Shown: positions 36,856 through 46,000 of the stretch, in pieces
How positions within the stretch are numbered: the stretch's first letter is position 1
How the letters are laid out: each line of letters begins with the position of its first letter
NCBI GenBank assembly: GCA_964454715.1
Contig: CAYVUO010000002.1
Location: 5,599-55,572, forward strand
Source of the DNA: an uncultured Bifidobacterium sp.
Lineage (GTDB): Bacteria; Actinomycetota; Acidimicrobiia; Acidimicrobiales; Acidimicrobilacustridaceae
Reading direction: 5' to 3'
Length of the DNA: 49,974 nt
Made by a program: the position numbers and the translations under genes
The notes under the pieces: generated by a model
Seen by the model: the letters and a program-made list of their open reading frames with translations, nothing else
Told to the model about the DNA's origin: nothing
The model's database searches: none

Positions 36856-39800
36856 TCAGCCCGCGAACTTCGGTGTCACCGGCGCAGGTGGCGGGACATA
36901 GGTGAATCCGTTGCGGAACGTGAACGTCTGTCCGTCTCCGGTGGTGATGACGACGTCGACGGGACCAGCAGGATGCGCACCCGTCGTGCACATGAGCTGT
37001 CCGAAGGTCACGAGCACGACCGGCGTGCACGGCACACCGCCGACCTCGACCGTGGTGTCGGAGGTGAGGTTCGATCCGTCGATGATGATCTCGGTGCCGC
37101 CCGAATCGGGGCCTTCACCGGGATCGACCGTGACGATCGTCGGTGGGAAGGTCACCGTGAGGGGCGTCATGTCCGTGTTGTTCTCGGGGATCGGATCGGG
37201 CGTCGACGAACTCACCGTCGCGGGGATGTACCAGGTCGTCCCGCTGGAGTTGGCGTCTGCGTAGACCTCGACCTCCAACGTCCATGTGGCGCCTGGCGTG
37301 AGATCTCCGGTGTAGCAATGCCACTCCGTCGGCGAGAGGGTCGAGCAACCGACGGGCCACGCCATCATGAGCGTCGGTTCGTGGGTGATGATGATGTACG
37401 GCTCGATCGCTGTCGACGGTCCGTTGTTGGTGACCGCGAACGTGATCGTGACGGAGGACTCGGGCGCGATCACGCCCGGTCCGCTCACGACGACCGCGAG
37501 GTCGGCGAAGGGAACGATCCTCGTGATGGCGCTCGCGCTGTCGTTCGAGGGGTCGACGTCATCGGTGAGCGCAGAGATGTCGGCCACGTTCACCGCATTC
37601 CGCCATTGCACCTCGGTCGGATCCGAATCATCGAACGATGACCGCAATGTCGCCTCGATCGTCACGTTCACCGAGGTCGAGACTGCGGTGCTACCGCTCC
37701 AGACGCAGTCGACGACCGAACCCGACACCGAGCACACGCCCCCCGCAGAGGGAGTCACCGTGATCGGCTGGGTGAGATCGACCGCGGGCGGGAGGTGGTC
37801 GACGATGGAGACGTCGCTGGCTGCCTGGGGCCCGGCGTTCGAGCCCGTGAGTGTCCAAGTGACCACGTCGCCGGGGTCGGCCACATCATCGGAGACGGTC
37901 TTGGTCAGTTGCAGATCGGCAACGGCGCGCACGGCGAGACCAGCCGAGTCCGAAACCGTTCCGACCGTGATGTCCGACGTGGCCGAGGCAGTGTTCGTCA
38001 CCGACGTGCCTGCGAGCGACAGCTGGGGCGCCACCCGGATGATGACGGTCATCGCGTCACCGACCAGCAATGATGTGGTCGAACACGTGACGATGGTGGT
38101 GCCACCCGAGCCCGCCGCAGTCGAGCACGAGCCGTGCGAGCTCGAGACCGACTCGATGTCGAGGCCGGCCGGCACGGTGTCGGTCACCGTGGTGTTCGTC
38201 GCAGCCGAAGGACCTTGGTTGTACGTCTCGATGCGGAATTCGGATGTCTCGCCGATCGACACCGACGGTTGCACAGCGGCCTTGCTGATCGCGAGCACGG
38301 CGCTCGGCGCCGAGCCCGATGTCGCAATCGACGAATCGTTGAGGCGGGCCGGGCTGTCGACACTCGAGGGCTGGCCTCCCTTCGATGGGCCCGTGAGTTC
38401 AGCCGTGTTCTCGACCGGTTGACCGGCGGTGAACGTTGCCTGCACCGAGATGGCCGGGTACGACGAACCCGGAGCGAGCGCATCACTCCGCGAGCACACG
38501 CCGGCGCTGCATGACCACCCCGTGCCGCTCATGGCAGTGATCGCCACGCCATTGGCACCGAGGGTGTCGGTGACTTCGACCGCGCCGGAGGTCAGCGCGG
38601 TGCCGTCATTGGTGACGACGAGATCGAACGAGTACGACGTGCCGGACGAGCTTGTGACCGTCTTGGTCACGCCCGGATCGGGATACGAGACGGTGACCGC
38701 GGCCGACGCGACCTTGGAGATGGGCAGACCGAGATCGGGTGAGACGAAGGTCAGCGTCGCCACATTGTCGATGACCTCGCCCAACGGACGATCATCGGTG
38801 ATCGTTGCGTCGAACGAGACGGAAGCCGTTCCACCGCCCGCCGGGATCGAACCGAGCGTTGCGCCGATGGTGCGGGACGTCGCTCCGCAAGGAGCGGGCG
38901 CGCACGTCGCGCTTCCCGATGGCACGACGGTCGGTGCACCAGAGAGGGAAAGGCCCGCCGGGAGCTGATCGGTGATCTCGGCGGCGACGGCGGCCTGGGT
39001 GCCGTTGTTGGTGGCAGTGATCTCGTAGTGCACGGTCGCGCCCGGCCGGGGTACGCCGTCGCCGGCCAGAACCGTCGCCGTCTTCGTGAGGCTCACATCG
39101 GGCGAGTAGAGCTCGGTTGCGAAGGTGATGGCTTGCGGCGCATACACGTCGCCGGTGGTCTGCGCCGCGAAGATCGCGGTGGTGTCACCATTGGCGAGGA
39201 ATCCGTCGGCCTGGAAGAGACTGGCGTCGTAGCCGAGTTGGTTGCGCCAGTCGGGCGACTTCGTGGTCACCTGCACGCCACGATTGGCGATCGTCGAGTT
39301 CTCGGTGTTGTTGGGCGCGTGCACCGCATCGGTGAGCAAGTTGCTGTTGATCGTCAGGTAGTCACCCGTTGTGCCAGCGTCGCCCTCGGCGGCGACCACA
39401 CCGATCGTCGTGCGCACGGTTCCCGACGATGGCGTCTTGAACCCGCTCAGCGGGATGCTGAGTGGCTTGCCCTGGCTCACGACCTTGAGACCGTCGAACA
39501 CCGAGAGGTTGCGAAGGGGTTCGGCATCGTCGGCGTAGGCGACCACGAGGCTCCAACCGGCGGAGATGTTGCCGCCCGTTCCCGTCTGCACATCGGCAAC
39601 GGTGTACGTACCAGCACCCGCCGCCACGACCTGAGCAGTGACATCGGCGAATGCGCCATAGCCGGAGCTGTTGGCGATCGGCCCCGTGTCGACGACGGTC
39701 GAGACAACGGTGGAATAGGCGGACGACCCCGGAACCTTGAACTTGACCCGATCGATCTGAGCGACGTTCGGGGCTGCCACTGGCACCCCTGCGAACCCGT

Positions 39801-40230
39801 TGTTGCCCGTGATGACGAGACCCTTGGCCTGCACGCCGGTCCAGTACAGGCCGGCGAACAGCACGTGTGCGCCCGTGGGCACGATCAATTGAGCGCTGGA
39901 GGAGTCGAACGTCGCAGGGTCGTTGTCGGCGTCGAGCCATCGCATGTCATAGGAGTTGTTGTTGCGAGCGTTCGTGCCGGCCCGTGAGCCGAGACAGCCC
40001 GAGTTCATGGACGGGTCGACCGTGTCGGTCGGGCACTGAACGATCACATTCGACGCGAAGACGATCTGACCGTTGACGTTGTTCGAGTAACGCAGCGAGA
40101 AGTCGCGCTGCACTGCAGCAGGTTCGAGCCTTGCCGCCGCTCCCGCGCTCGATGCCGAGCCCACGAGGAGCATCGGCACCACGAGCATGAGCGCGGACAA
40201 TGAGGTTGCGAACCGCCGCATCACGTTCAA
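36856..40230 (-). CDS. Large surface protein with DUF11 repeats and IPT/TIG domain
   Basis: Signal peptide; five Ig-like repeats (DxxxTK...NxGP..A..V.D.LP); C-terminal GPDSGGTEIIIDGSNL IPT/TIG domain; ends PVTPKFAG. Confidence 0.88.
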   Translation of the reverse strand: MNVMRRFATSLSALMLVVPMLLVGSASSAGAAARLEPAAVQRDFSLRYSNNVNGQIVFASNVIVQCPTDTVDPSMNSGCLGSRAGTNARNNNSYDMRWLDADNDPATFDSSSAQLIVPTGAHVLFAGLYWTGVQAKGLVITGNNGFAGVPVAAPNVAQIDRVKFKVPGSSAYSTVVSTVVDTGPIANSSGYGAFADVTAQVVAAGAGTYTVADVQTGTGGNISAGWSLVVAYADDAEPLRNLSVFDGLKVVSQGKPLSIPLSGFKTPSSGTVRTTIGVVAAEGDAGTTGDYLTINSNLLTDAVHAPNNTENSTIANRGVQVTTKSPDWRNQLGYDASLFQADGFLANGDTTAIFAAQTTGDVYAPQAITFATELYSPDVSLTKTATVLAGDGVPRPGATVHYEITATNNGTQAAVAAEITDQLPAGLSLSGAPTVVPSGSATCAPAPCGATSRTIGATLGSIPAGGGTASVSFDATITDDRPLGEVIDNVATLTFVSPDLGLPISKVASAAVTVSYPDPGVTKTVTSSSGTSYSFDLVVTNDGTALTSGAVEVTDTLGANGVAITAMSGTGWSCSAGVCSRSDALAPGSSYPAISVQATFTAGQPVENTAELTGPSKGGQPSSVDSPARLNDSSIATSGSAPSAVLAISKAAVQPSVSIGETSEFRIETYNQGPSAATNTTVTDTVPAGLDIESVSSSHGSCSTAAGSGGTTIVTCSTTSLLVGDAMTVIIRVAPQLSLAGTSVTNTASATSDITVGTVSDSAGLAVRAVADLQLTKTVSDDVADPGDVVTWTLTGSNAGPQAASDVSIVDHLPPAVDLTQPITVTPSAGGVCSVSGSVVDCVWSGSTAVSTSVNVTIEATLRSSFDDSDPTEVQWRNAVNVADISALTDDVDPSNDSASAITRIVPFADLAVVVSGPGVIAPESSVTITFAVTNNGPSTAIEPYIIITHEPTLMMAWPVGCSTLSPTEWHCYTGDLTPGATWTLEVEVYADANSSGTTWYIPATVSSSTPDPIPENNTDMTPLTVTFPPTIVTVDPGEGPDSGGTEIIIDGSNLTSDTTVEVGGVPCTPVVLVTFGQLMCTTGAHPAGPVDVVITTGDGQTFTFRNGFTYVPPPAPVTPKFAG

Positions 40231-40232
40231 CT

Positions 40233-40529
40233 TCAGTCGAGCGCTTGGACGATCGTGCCCGTGACGGCTCCGCCGTCGGCGAGGAATGGCCCGATCTTCG
40301 GGTACAGCTCGGCCAACGTCGGACCGGCCATGTGCGCATCCATCGCGGCTTGATCGGCGTACTGCTCGAAGAAGTAGAGGGTGTCGGGATCGTCGGCCTC
40401 GATCAATGTGTACGCCTGCGTGCCGGGCTCGGCCGCCGCAGCCGCGAACATGTCGGCGAATTGCGCCTTCAGTTCGTCGCGCTTGCCCGGGTGCGACTTC
40501 ATCGTCGCGATCATCACTCGTCGTGCCAT
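40233..40529 (-). CDS. Antibiotic biosynthesis monooxygenase (ABM/YgiN-like) protein
   Basis: PGKRDE, EPGT..Y and FEQY.D..A...H motifs. Confidence 0.88.
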   Translation of the reverse strand: MARRVMIATMKSHPGKRDELKAQFADMFAAAAAEPGTQAYTLIEADDPDTLYFFEQYADQAAMDAHMAGPTLAELYPKIGPFLADGGAVTGTIVQALD

Positions 40530-40592
40530 TGCCTGTCCCCTCCTCGAGATCGACAGAACGCTAGCGCTCTGCCACGGCGCCACGGATGTCGA

Positions 40593-42185
40593 TCAGAACA
40601 CGCCACCATCGGCCGGAGCGACCGTCTCGGCCTCGATCGACCGGAGCTCGGCGTCGTCATCGGGGATCGCCGGTGACGACGGCAGGAACTTGGCGGCCAG
40701 GACCGCAGTGATCACGAGCGCCGCTCCGCAGCACCACATGCCCAGACGCTGTCCGCTGATGAAGGCTTCACGGGCCTGGGTGCTCAGCTGCTTCGCCTGC
40801 TCCGGCGGGAGGTTCTGCGCGACGTAGTACGCGCGACCGATCGAGTTGCGGGCGGCGTCGACAGCGGCCTCGGGCAGGCCCTCGAGTCCGGTGAGCACCG
40901 AGTGGTAGCGGGCGGCGAAGATGCTGCCGATCACCGCGACACCGAGTGCACCACCGATCTGCCGGGTCGTGTCATTCACCGCCGAGCCGACGCCGGCGCG
41001 GTTGCGAGGGAGCGACGACATGATCGACTCGGTGGCGGGTGTGGCCGTGCAAGCCAGACCGCCACCGAAGATCACCCGCACGAGCGCGCCCAATGCGACG
41101 TTGTCGATGATCGCCGGGATGCCGTAGCAGACCATCACCGCAGCGCAGATGAGTAGACCCGTCACGACCACCCTCGTGGTTCCCCAGCGCTTCACGAACT
41201 TGTGCGCCAAGGGGCTGACAGCCATGAGCCCCACGGCAACGGGCGCGGTGAGCAAACCGGCCTTGAGCGCCGAGTATCCGAGGACGAACTGGAAGTACTC
41301 GACGATGAGGAAGGTCGAGCCGAACATCGCGAAGTAGTTGAGCGTCACCGTCATGCTCGCCGCGCTGAAGCGTGGATTGCGGAAGAAGCTGAGATCGAGC
41401 ATCGGGTGGTCACTACGGGACTCCCACATGGCGAAGAGTGCGATGAACACGATGCCAACGAGGAGCGGACCGAGGACGAGGCCATGCGCCCACCCCTTCT
41501 CGGGGATCTCGATGATGCCGTAGAGCACGAGGACGACGGCGACGATCGACAGCAGCGCACCGATGGGGTCGAGACGGTGCGATCGATCCTCACTGCGTGA
41601 CGGCGGCACCACGAAGAAACCGAACACGATCGCAGCGGCACAGATGGGGACGTTGACGAGGAAGATCGATCCCCACCAGAAGTGGTCGAGCAACAGACCG
41701 CCGAGCACCGGGCCCGCCGCAACGCCCACGCCGGCGACGGCGGCCCAGATGCCGATGGCCTTCGGTCGTTCCTCGGCCGAGAACGACGTCGTGAGGATGG
41801 CGAGGGTGGACGGGAAGATCAGCGCGCCACCGATTCCCATCAGACCGCGGCAGATGATGAGCTGGTTGGCGGTGTCGGCGAAACTCGCCAAGGCCGAGAA
41901 GATCCCGAACACGACGAGACCGATGGCGAGCGTGCGGTGTCGTCCCCACTTGTCGCCGATTGCGCCCATGGTCAGCAGGAGGCACGCGAACACGATCGTG
42001 TACGAGTCGATGAGCCACTGCAGCTGGGCCTGTGACGCTCCGACCTCCTTCACGATCGACGGAAGACCGACGTTGAGGATCGTGTTGTCGATCGACGTCA
42101 CGGTGAGCGACATGCAGAGCGCGAGCAACGTCAGCCAACGGCGGCTGAAGATCTTCTCGGGGGTCCAGTTCACGCTCAGGCTCAT
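40593..42185 (-). CDS. DHA2-family MFS efflux permease
   Basis: IDNTILNV, GDKWGR, WGSIFLVNVP and RQIGGALG motifs. Confidence 0.93.
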   Translation of the reverse strand: MSLSVNWTPEKIFSRRWLTLLALCMSLTVTSIDNTILNVGLPSIVKEVGASQAQLQWLIDSYTIVFACLLLTMGAIGDKWGRHRTLAIGLVVFGIFSALASFADTANQLIICRGLMGIGGALIFPSTLAILTTSFSAEERPKAIGIWAAVAGVGVAAGPVLGGLLLDHFWWGSIFLVNVPICAAAIVFGFFVVPPSRSEDRSHRLDPIGALLSIVAVVLVLYGIIEIPEKGWAHGLVLGPLLVGIVFIALFAMWESRSDHPMLDLSFFRNPRFSAASMTVTLNYFAMFGSTFLIVEYFQFVLGYSALKAGLLTAPVAVGLMAVSPLAHKFVKRWGTTRVVVTGLLICAAVMVCYGIPAIIDNVALGALVRVIFGGGLACTATPATESIMSSLPRNRAGVGSAVNDTTRQIGGALGVAVIGSIFAARYHSVLTGLEGLPEAAVDAARNSIGRAYYVAQNLPPEQAKQLSTQAREAFISGQRLGMWCCGAALVITAVLAAKFLPSSPAIPDDDAELRSIEAETVAPADGGVF

Positions 42186-42643
42186 CGTTCCTCGTCGTCA
42201 GTTCGTGGTTCGTCATTGAGATGGGAGTCGAGGTTCATGCGGGCGCGACGCACCACATCGAGTGCAGTGCGCACCTGGACGTCGTCGAATCCGCCCAGCA
42301 GTTCCCCCGTGAAGGCGTCGTAGTTGCGTTGCACATCGACGCATGTGTCGGTGCCGGCAGCAGTGAGATTCACCAGCGACGCGCGTCGATCGGCGGGGTC
42401 GGGAACTCGCTGCACATAACCGCGCCCCTCGAGGCCGTCGACGAGACCCGTGATCGCCCGCGGCGTCACGCCGATGCACGACGCAAGCTCGACCGACCGC
42501 ATCGGCCCGCGCTCGTGGAGCACGAGCATGAGGCGGAGACGGGGCAGCGTCAGGTCACGCCGACGCAGACCATCGGAGCGCAGACGGTCGATCAACGGGG
42601 CCATCTCGGCCAGTTCCCGCAGCAGATCGATCCGGGCGCTCAT
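42182..42643 (-). CDS. MarR-family transcriptional regulator
   Basis: VDGLEGRGYVQRVPDPADRR wHTH signature. Confidence 0.93.
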   Translation of the reverse strand: MSARIDLLRELAEMAPLIDRLRSDGLRRRDLTLPRLRLMLVLHERGPMRSVELASCIGVTPRAITGLVDGLEGRGYVQRVPDPADRRASLVNLTAAGTDTCVDVQRNYDAFTGELLGGFDDVQVRTALDVVRRARMNLDSHLNDEPRTDDEER

Positions 42644-42790
42644 TGCTGAATACCCTACATTGTTCCCCTGGTTCCGTTTCTCGGCCCGGCCCGATGCGGC
42701 CGGGGACGCCGGCCGGGCCCGGCTCGCTCGATGCTGCGCCGCTGCGAACCTGGGGACCTGCCACCGGCCCGCCCACTACGGTCGGCGGCG

Positions 42791-43039
42791 ATGGAACGCA
42801 TCGACATCGAACGAGCCGTGGACGAGGCCGGCATCCTCCTGAGAGCCGACGGCGCCGACCTGCTGCTCGTCGACTGGGATGCCGCAGCAGCGCGAGTGCA
42901 CGTGAGCGTCGACATCAGTGGTTCCAACTGCGTCGAGTGCATCATCCCGCCCGACCTGCTGGCCGACATGTTGGGCGATGCGATCAATCGCGCCGTCGCG
43001 TCGAAGGTCGACGTCATCGTCGACGACCCCCGACGCTGA
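42791..43039 (+). CDS. Small NifU-C-like CxxC protein
   Basis: LRADGADL and CVEC motifs; TACGGT -10-like hexamer 8 nt upstream. Confidence 0.7.
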   Translation: MERIDIERAVDEAGILLRADGADLLLVDWDAAAARVHVSVDISGSNCVECIIPPDLLADMLGDAINRAVASKVDVIVDDPRR

Positions 43040-43042
43040 CGA

Positions 43043-46000
43043 CTAGCGCGGCGGGTACAACAGCGATTCGCGCAACGCCCAGTACATGTCGGGGTCCGCT
43101 GCTGCGATGCGCTCGAAGCGGGCCGCAGCCATGTCGAGGCCGTTCTTGGCAAGGGCCTCATGGAAGAACTTGTCCTTCACCACGTTGGCGACGTTCGCCG
43201 TGGCCTCGCGAACCTCGGCCTCGGCGATGGTGAGGTCCCGCATCCAGATGGCCCGACTCTCACCTGAGAGGTGATTCACGGTGAACGTCGTGGCCTTCAC
43301 ATCACTCACCACAGCCGTGGTCTGCGACGACGCCGCACGACCCGCAGATGAAGTCACGCTCGTCTCGACCGATTCGGCCGCCCTCTTTCCGAATGCCCCG
43401 GCGCCGAACGCGCCGAACACCGCACCGAGACCGGCACTGATCGCCATCTGGGTGAACGAGAACTCGGTGTTGCCGTCGATCGACGCCTTGATGCCATATT
43501 CGATGAGGTAACCAGCGGCCCCGACGACGAAACCGATGGCCATGCCTGCGAGCACCGAACCGCCTCCTGTGAGGGGTGCGGCGATCACGGAGACCACGGC
43601 CACTGCGAGCATCGCGATCCAGTCACCGAGTGACTGACCAGTGGGGTCGAAGAGGTTCACGGGGTCCTGCGACACGAAGTCGTAGCCGTTGGTCGACCCT
43701 CCGATCTTCGGATCGAGCTGCAGGAAACGCCCGAGCGCCGGCATGTAGACGCGCTCGCCCATGACGATGAAGGGCGTGCGCAACGGCTGGGTCTCATGGC
43801 CGAACGATGCCTGCCACGCGAGGTCGCGTGCGCCATCGGGCTGCACGGCGGCAGCGACCGTGAGGGGCGTGCCGAACGGGTCGTAGACGCGCACCGGCCC
43901 GACGAGCGCACCCGACGAAGTCGTCGCGAACAGACGATTGGCCGAGAGGTCGTCGTAGGCCCACTGCGTGCGGTCGGGGCTCGTGAGGGATCGCTCGATG
44001 GTCACGCCACCGGGCAACGGGATCTGGGCGAGGATCGGCCGACCCGAACCATCGAGCACCAGACCACCGCTCGCGTACTGCGTCGTCGACTCGCCTGCGG
44101 CGTCGCGCAAGGTGCGCGAGATCACCGAGCCGGTGGCATCGCGCTCGAAGGTGACGGTCAGTGCGCCGTCGGTCGCCGACACGAGACCATCGGCGGCGTC
44201 GTAGGTGAACGAATCCGGCCCCACCTTGGTGGCGTTGCCGCGAGAGTCGTAGGAGACCTGGCCTGCGACCGCGGGATCGGTGCTCGTCACCAGACGATCG
44301 GCGTCGTCGTAGGTGTAGGTCAGCCTCTGGCCGTCGCGGGTCTGCGAGAGACGATTGCCGTTGGCGTCATACGTGAATGACCACGCGTGCGCGTCGGTCA
44401 GACCGGCGGAGAGCGTGGCCGATGACAGGTGGCGTGCGTCGTCGTAGGTGTAGTCGTAGCGAGAGGTCGTGCCATCCAGGGAGGACGTCGCGCTCAGGAT
44501 GCGGCCACCCGATGCGATCGAACGCGTGCTGCTCACGGTGTGACCGTCGGATGTTCGCCACGTGATCGACGACGCCCGATTCGACGCGTCGTACCCGAGC
44601 GTCGCAGTCGTGCCGTTGCCGTAGGCCACCGAGCCGACAGTGCCGTCGGCGTTGTAGTTCATCGTCGCAGCGAGCGTGCCGTCGACGAGGACTCGCGCCA
44701 TGCGCGCGTCGGCTCCGTACTCGGTGGTCGTGACGATCGGAGCTGCACCCGGCGCCGTGACGGTCGAGGTCGCCAACTTTCCGGTGCGCGCGTCGTAGGT
44801 GTTGCGCGTGGCGACGCCGAACCGATCGGTGGTCGCCACGACACGGCCTGCGAAGTCGAGTTCGGTGCGGGTGGTTGCAACATCGTTTCCGGTGGTGATC
44901 GTCGTCTCGGCCACCAGGGGGTTGCCATCGACGCCGTAGGTCACCGTCGTCGATTCGGGTCGACCCATGCCGAGCCGCACGGTCTTCGCCACCCGTCCCG
45001 CCCGGTCGTAGTAGGTGCAGGACGTGGCTCCGTCGCCGAAACGGCTGGCGACCACTCGACCTGCCGCATCGAACCACGTCTGACCGACGGGACCGCTCCC
45101 GCCATCGCTGCCGGGATAGGCACTGGATCGAGCCAGTCCGCCCTGGTTCGCCGAGACGGACTCGGGACACGCGGACTTCGCCGATTCGGTGTCTCCCCAG
45201 TAGGTGATCGGGATCGTCGTGCCCGAGGGCATCGCCGCCGAGGTCTGACGCCCCCACTGACCACCGGTTCCGACCTTCTGCTCGTAGGCGAGCTTCGACA
45301 CGCCGCCACCCTGCGAACGCCGCTCGGCCACCTGACCCGTCGACGGTCGTTCGTAGACCGTATGGGTGACGGTGTCGACAGGATCGACACCGGGTGCGAC
45401 CTGATCGTTGGAACGAGTCGTCGTGATGAGGCCGTACTGCGGGAACACCTGGGACGTCGGGATCGAGGTCGGCGACCCGCCGGTATCGGGACCGCTCCAC
45501 GTGATCGACATCGCGGCATCCGACGAGGTCGAACTGACGTCGATGCGGAGATTGTGCAAACCGGCCGACATCGGTAGGGCCGCGCAGCCCGAGCCCGAAC
45601 ATTCGACCGAGTCGACCCAGAGCTTCGCCGTCGAGTTCGCCGATGCGAAGGCATACGTGCCCTCATTGGAAACGGAGAACACTCCGGTCATCCGTGCCGA
45701 CCAACGGTCGGAACCGACCGGCGAACTCGGCCAGTTGACCGTGAGTGACGGCACCGTGACACCGGCGATGGTCGGACCGGTCTCCGTGCGAACGACACCA
45801 CCCGTCCAATCGGATGAGGCCCAGTAACTCACATCGAGCCCGGTGATGTCACGACCGTCCGGTGCGCCGTCGAACGTCTGGTCGTAGCCGTAACGGGTGA
45901 CCGTGGCGTCCACGGCGAGCGAACCCTCGGTCGGCCCGCGCACTTCCGTGAGCCGGCCATCGCGGTAGGTGCGCGTCGTCACATTTCCATTGCGATCGAC

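Noticed and set aside
42680-42725. GC-rich GGCCCGG/CCGGGCC repeats as an ncRNA
   Set aside because: Low-complexity GC pairing with no recognisable RNA family features.
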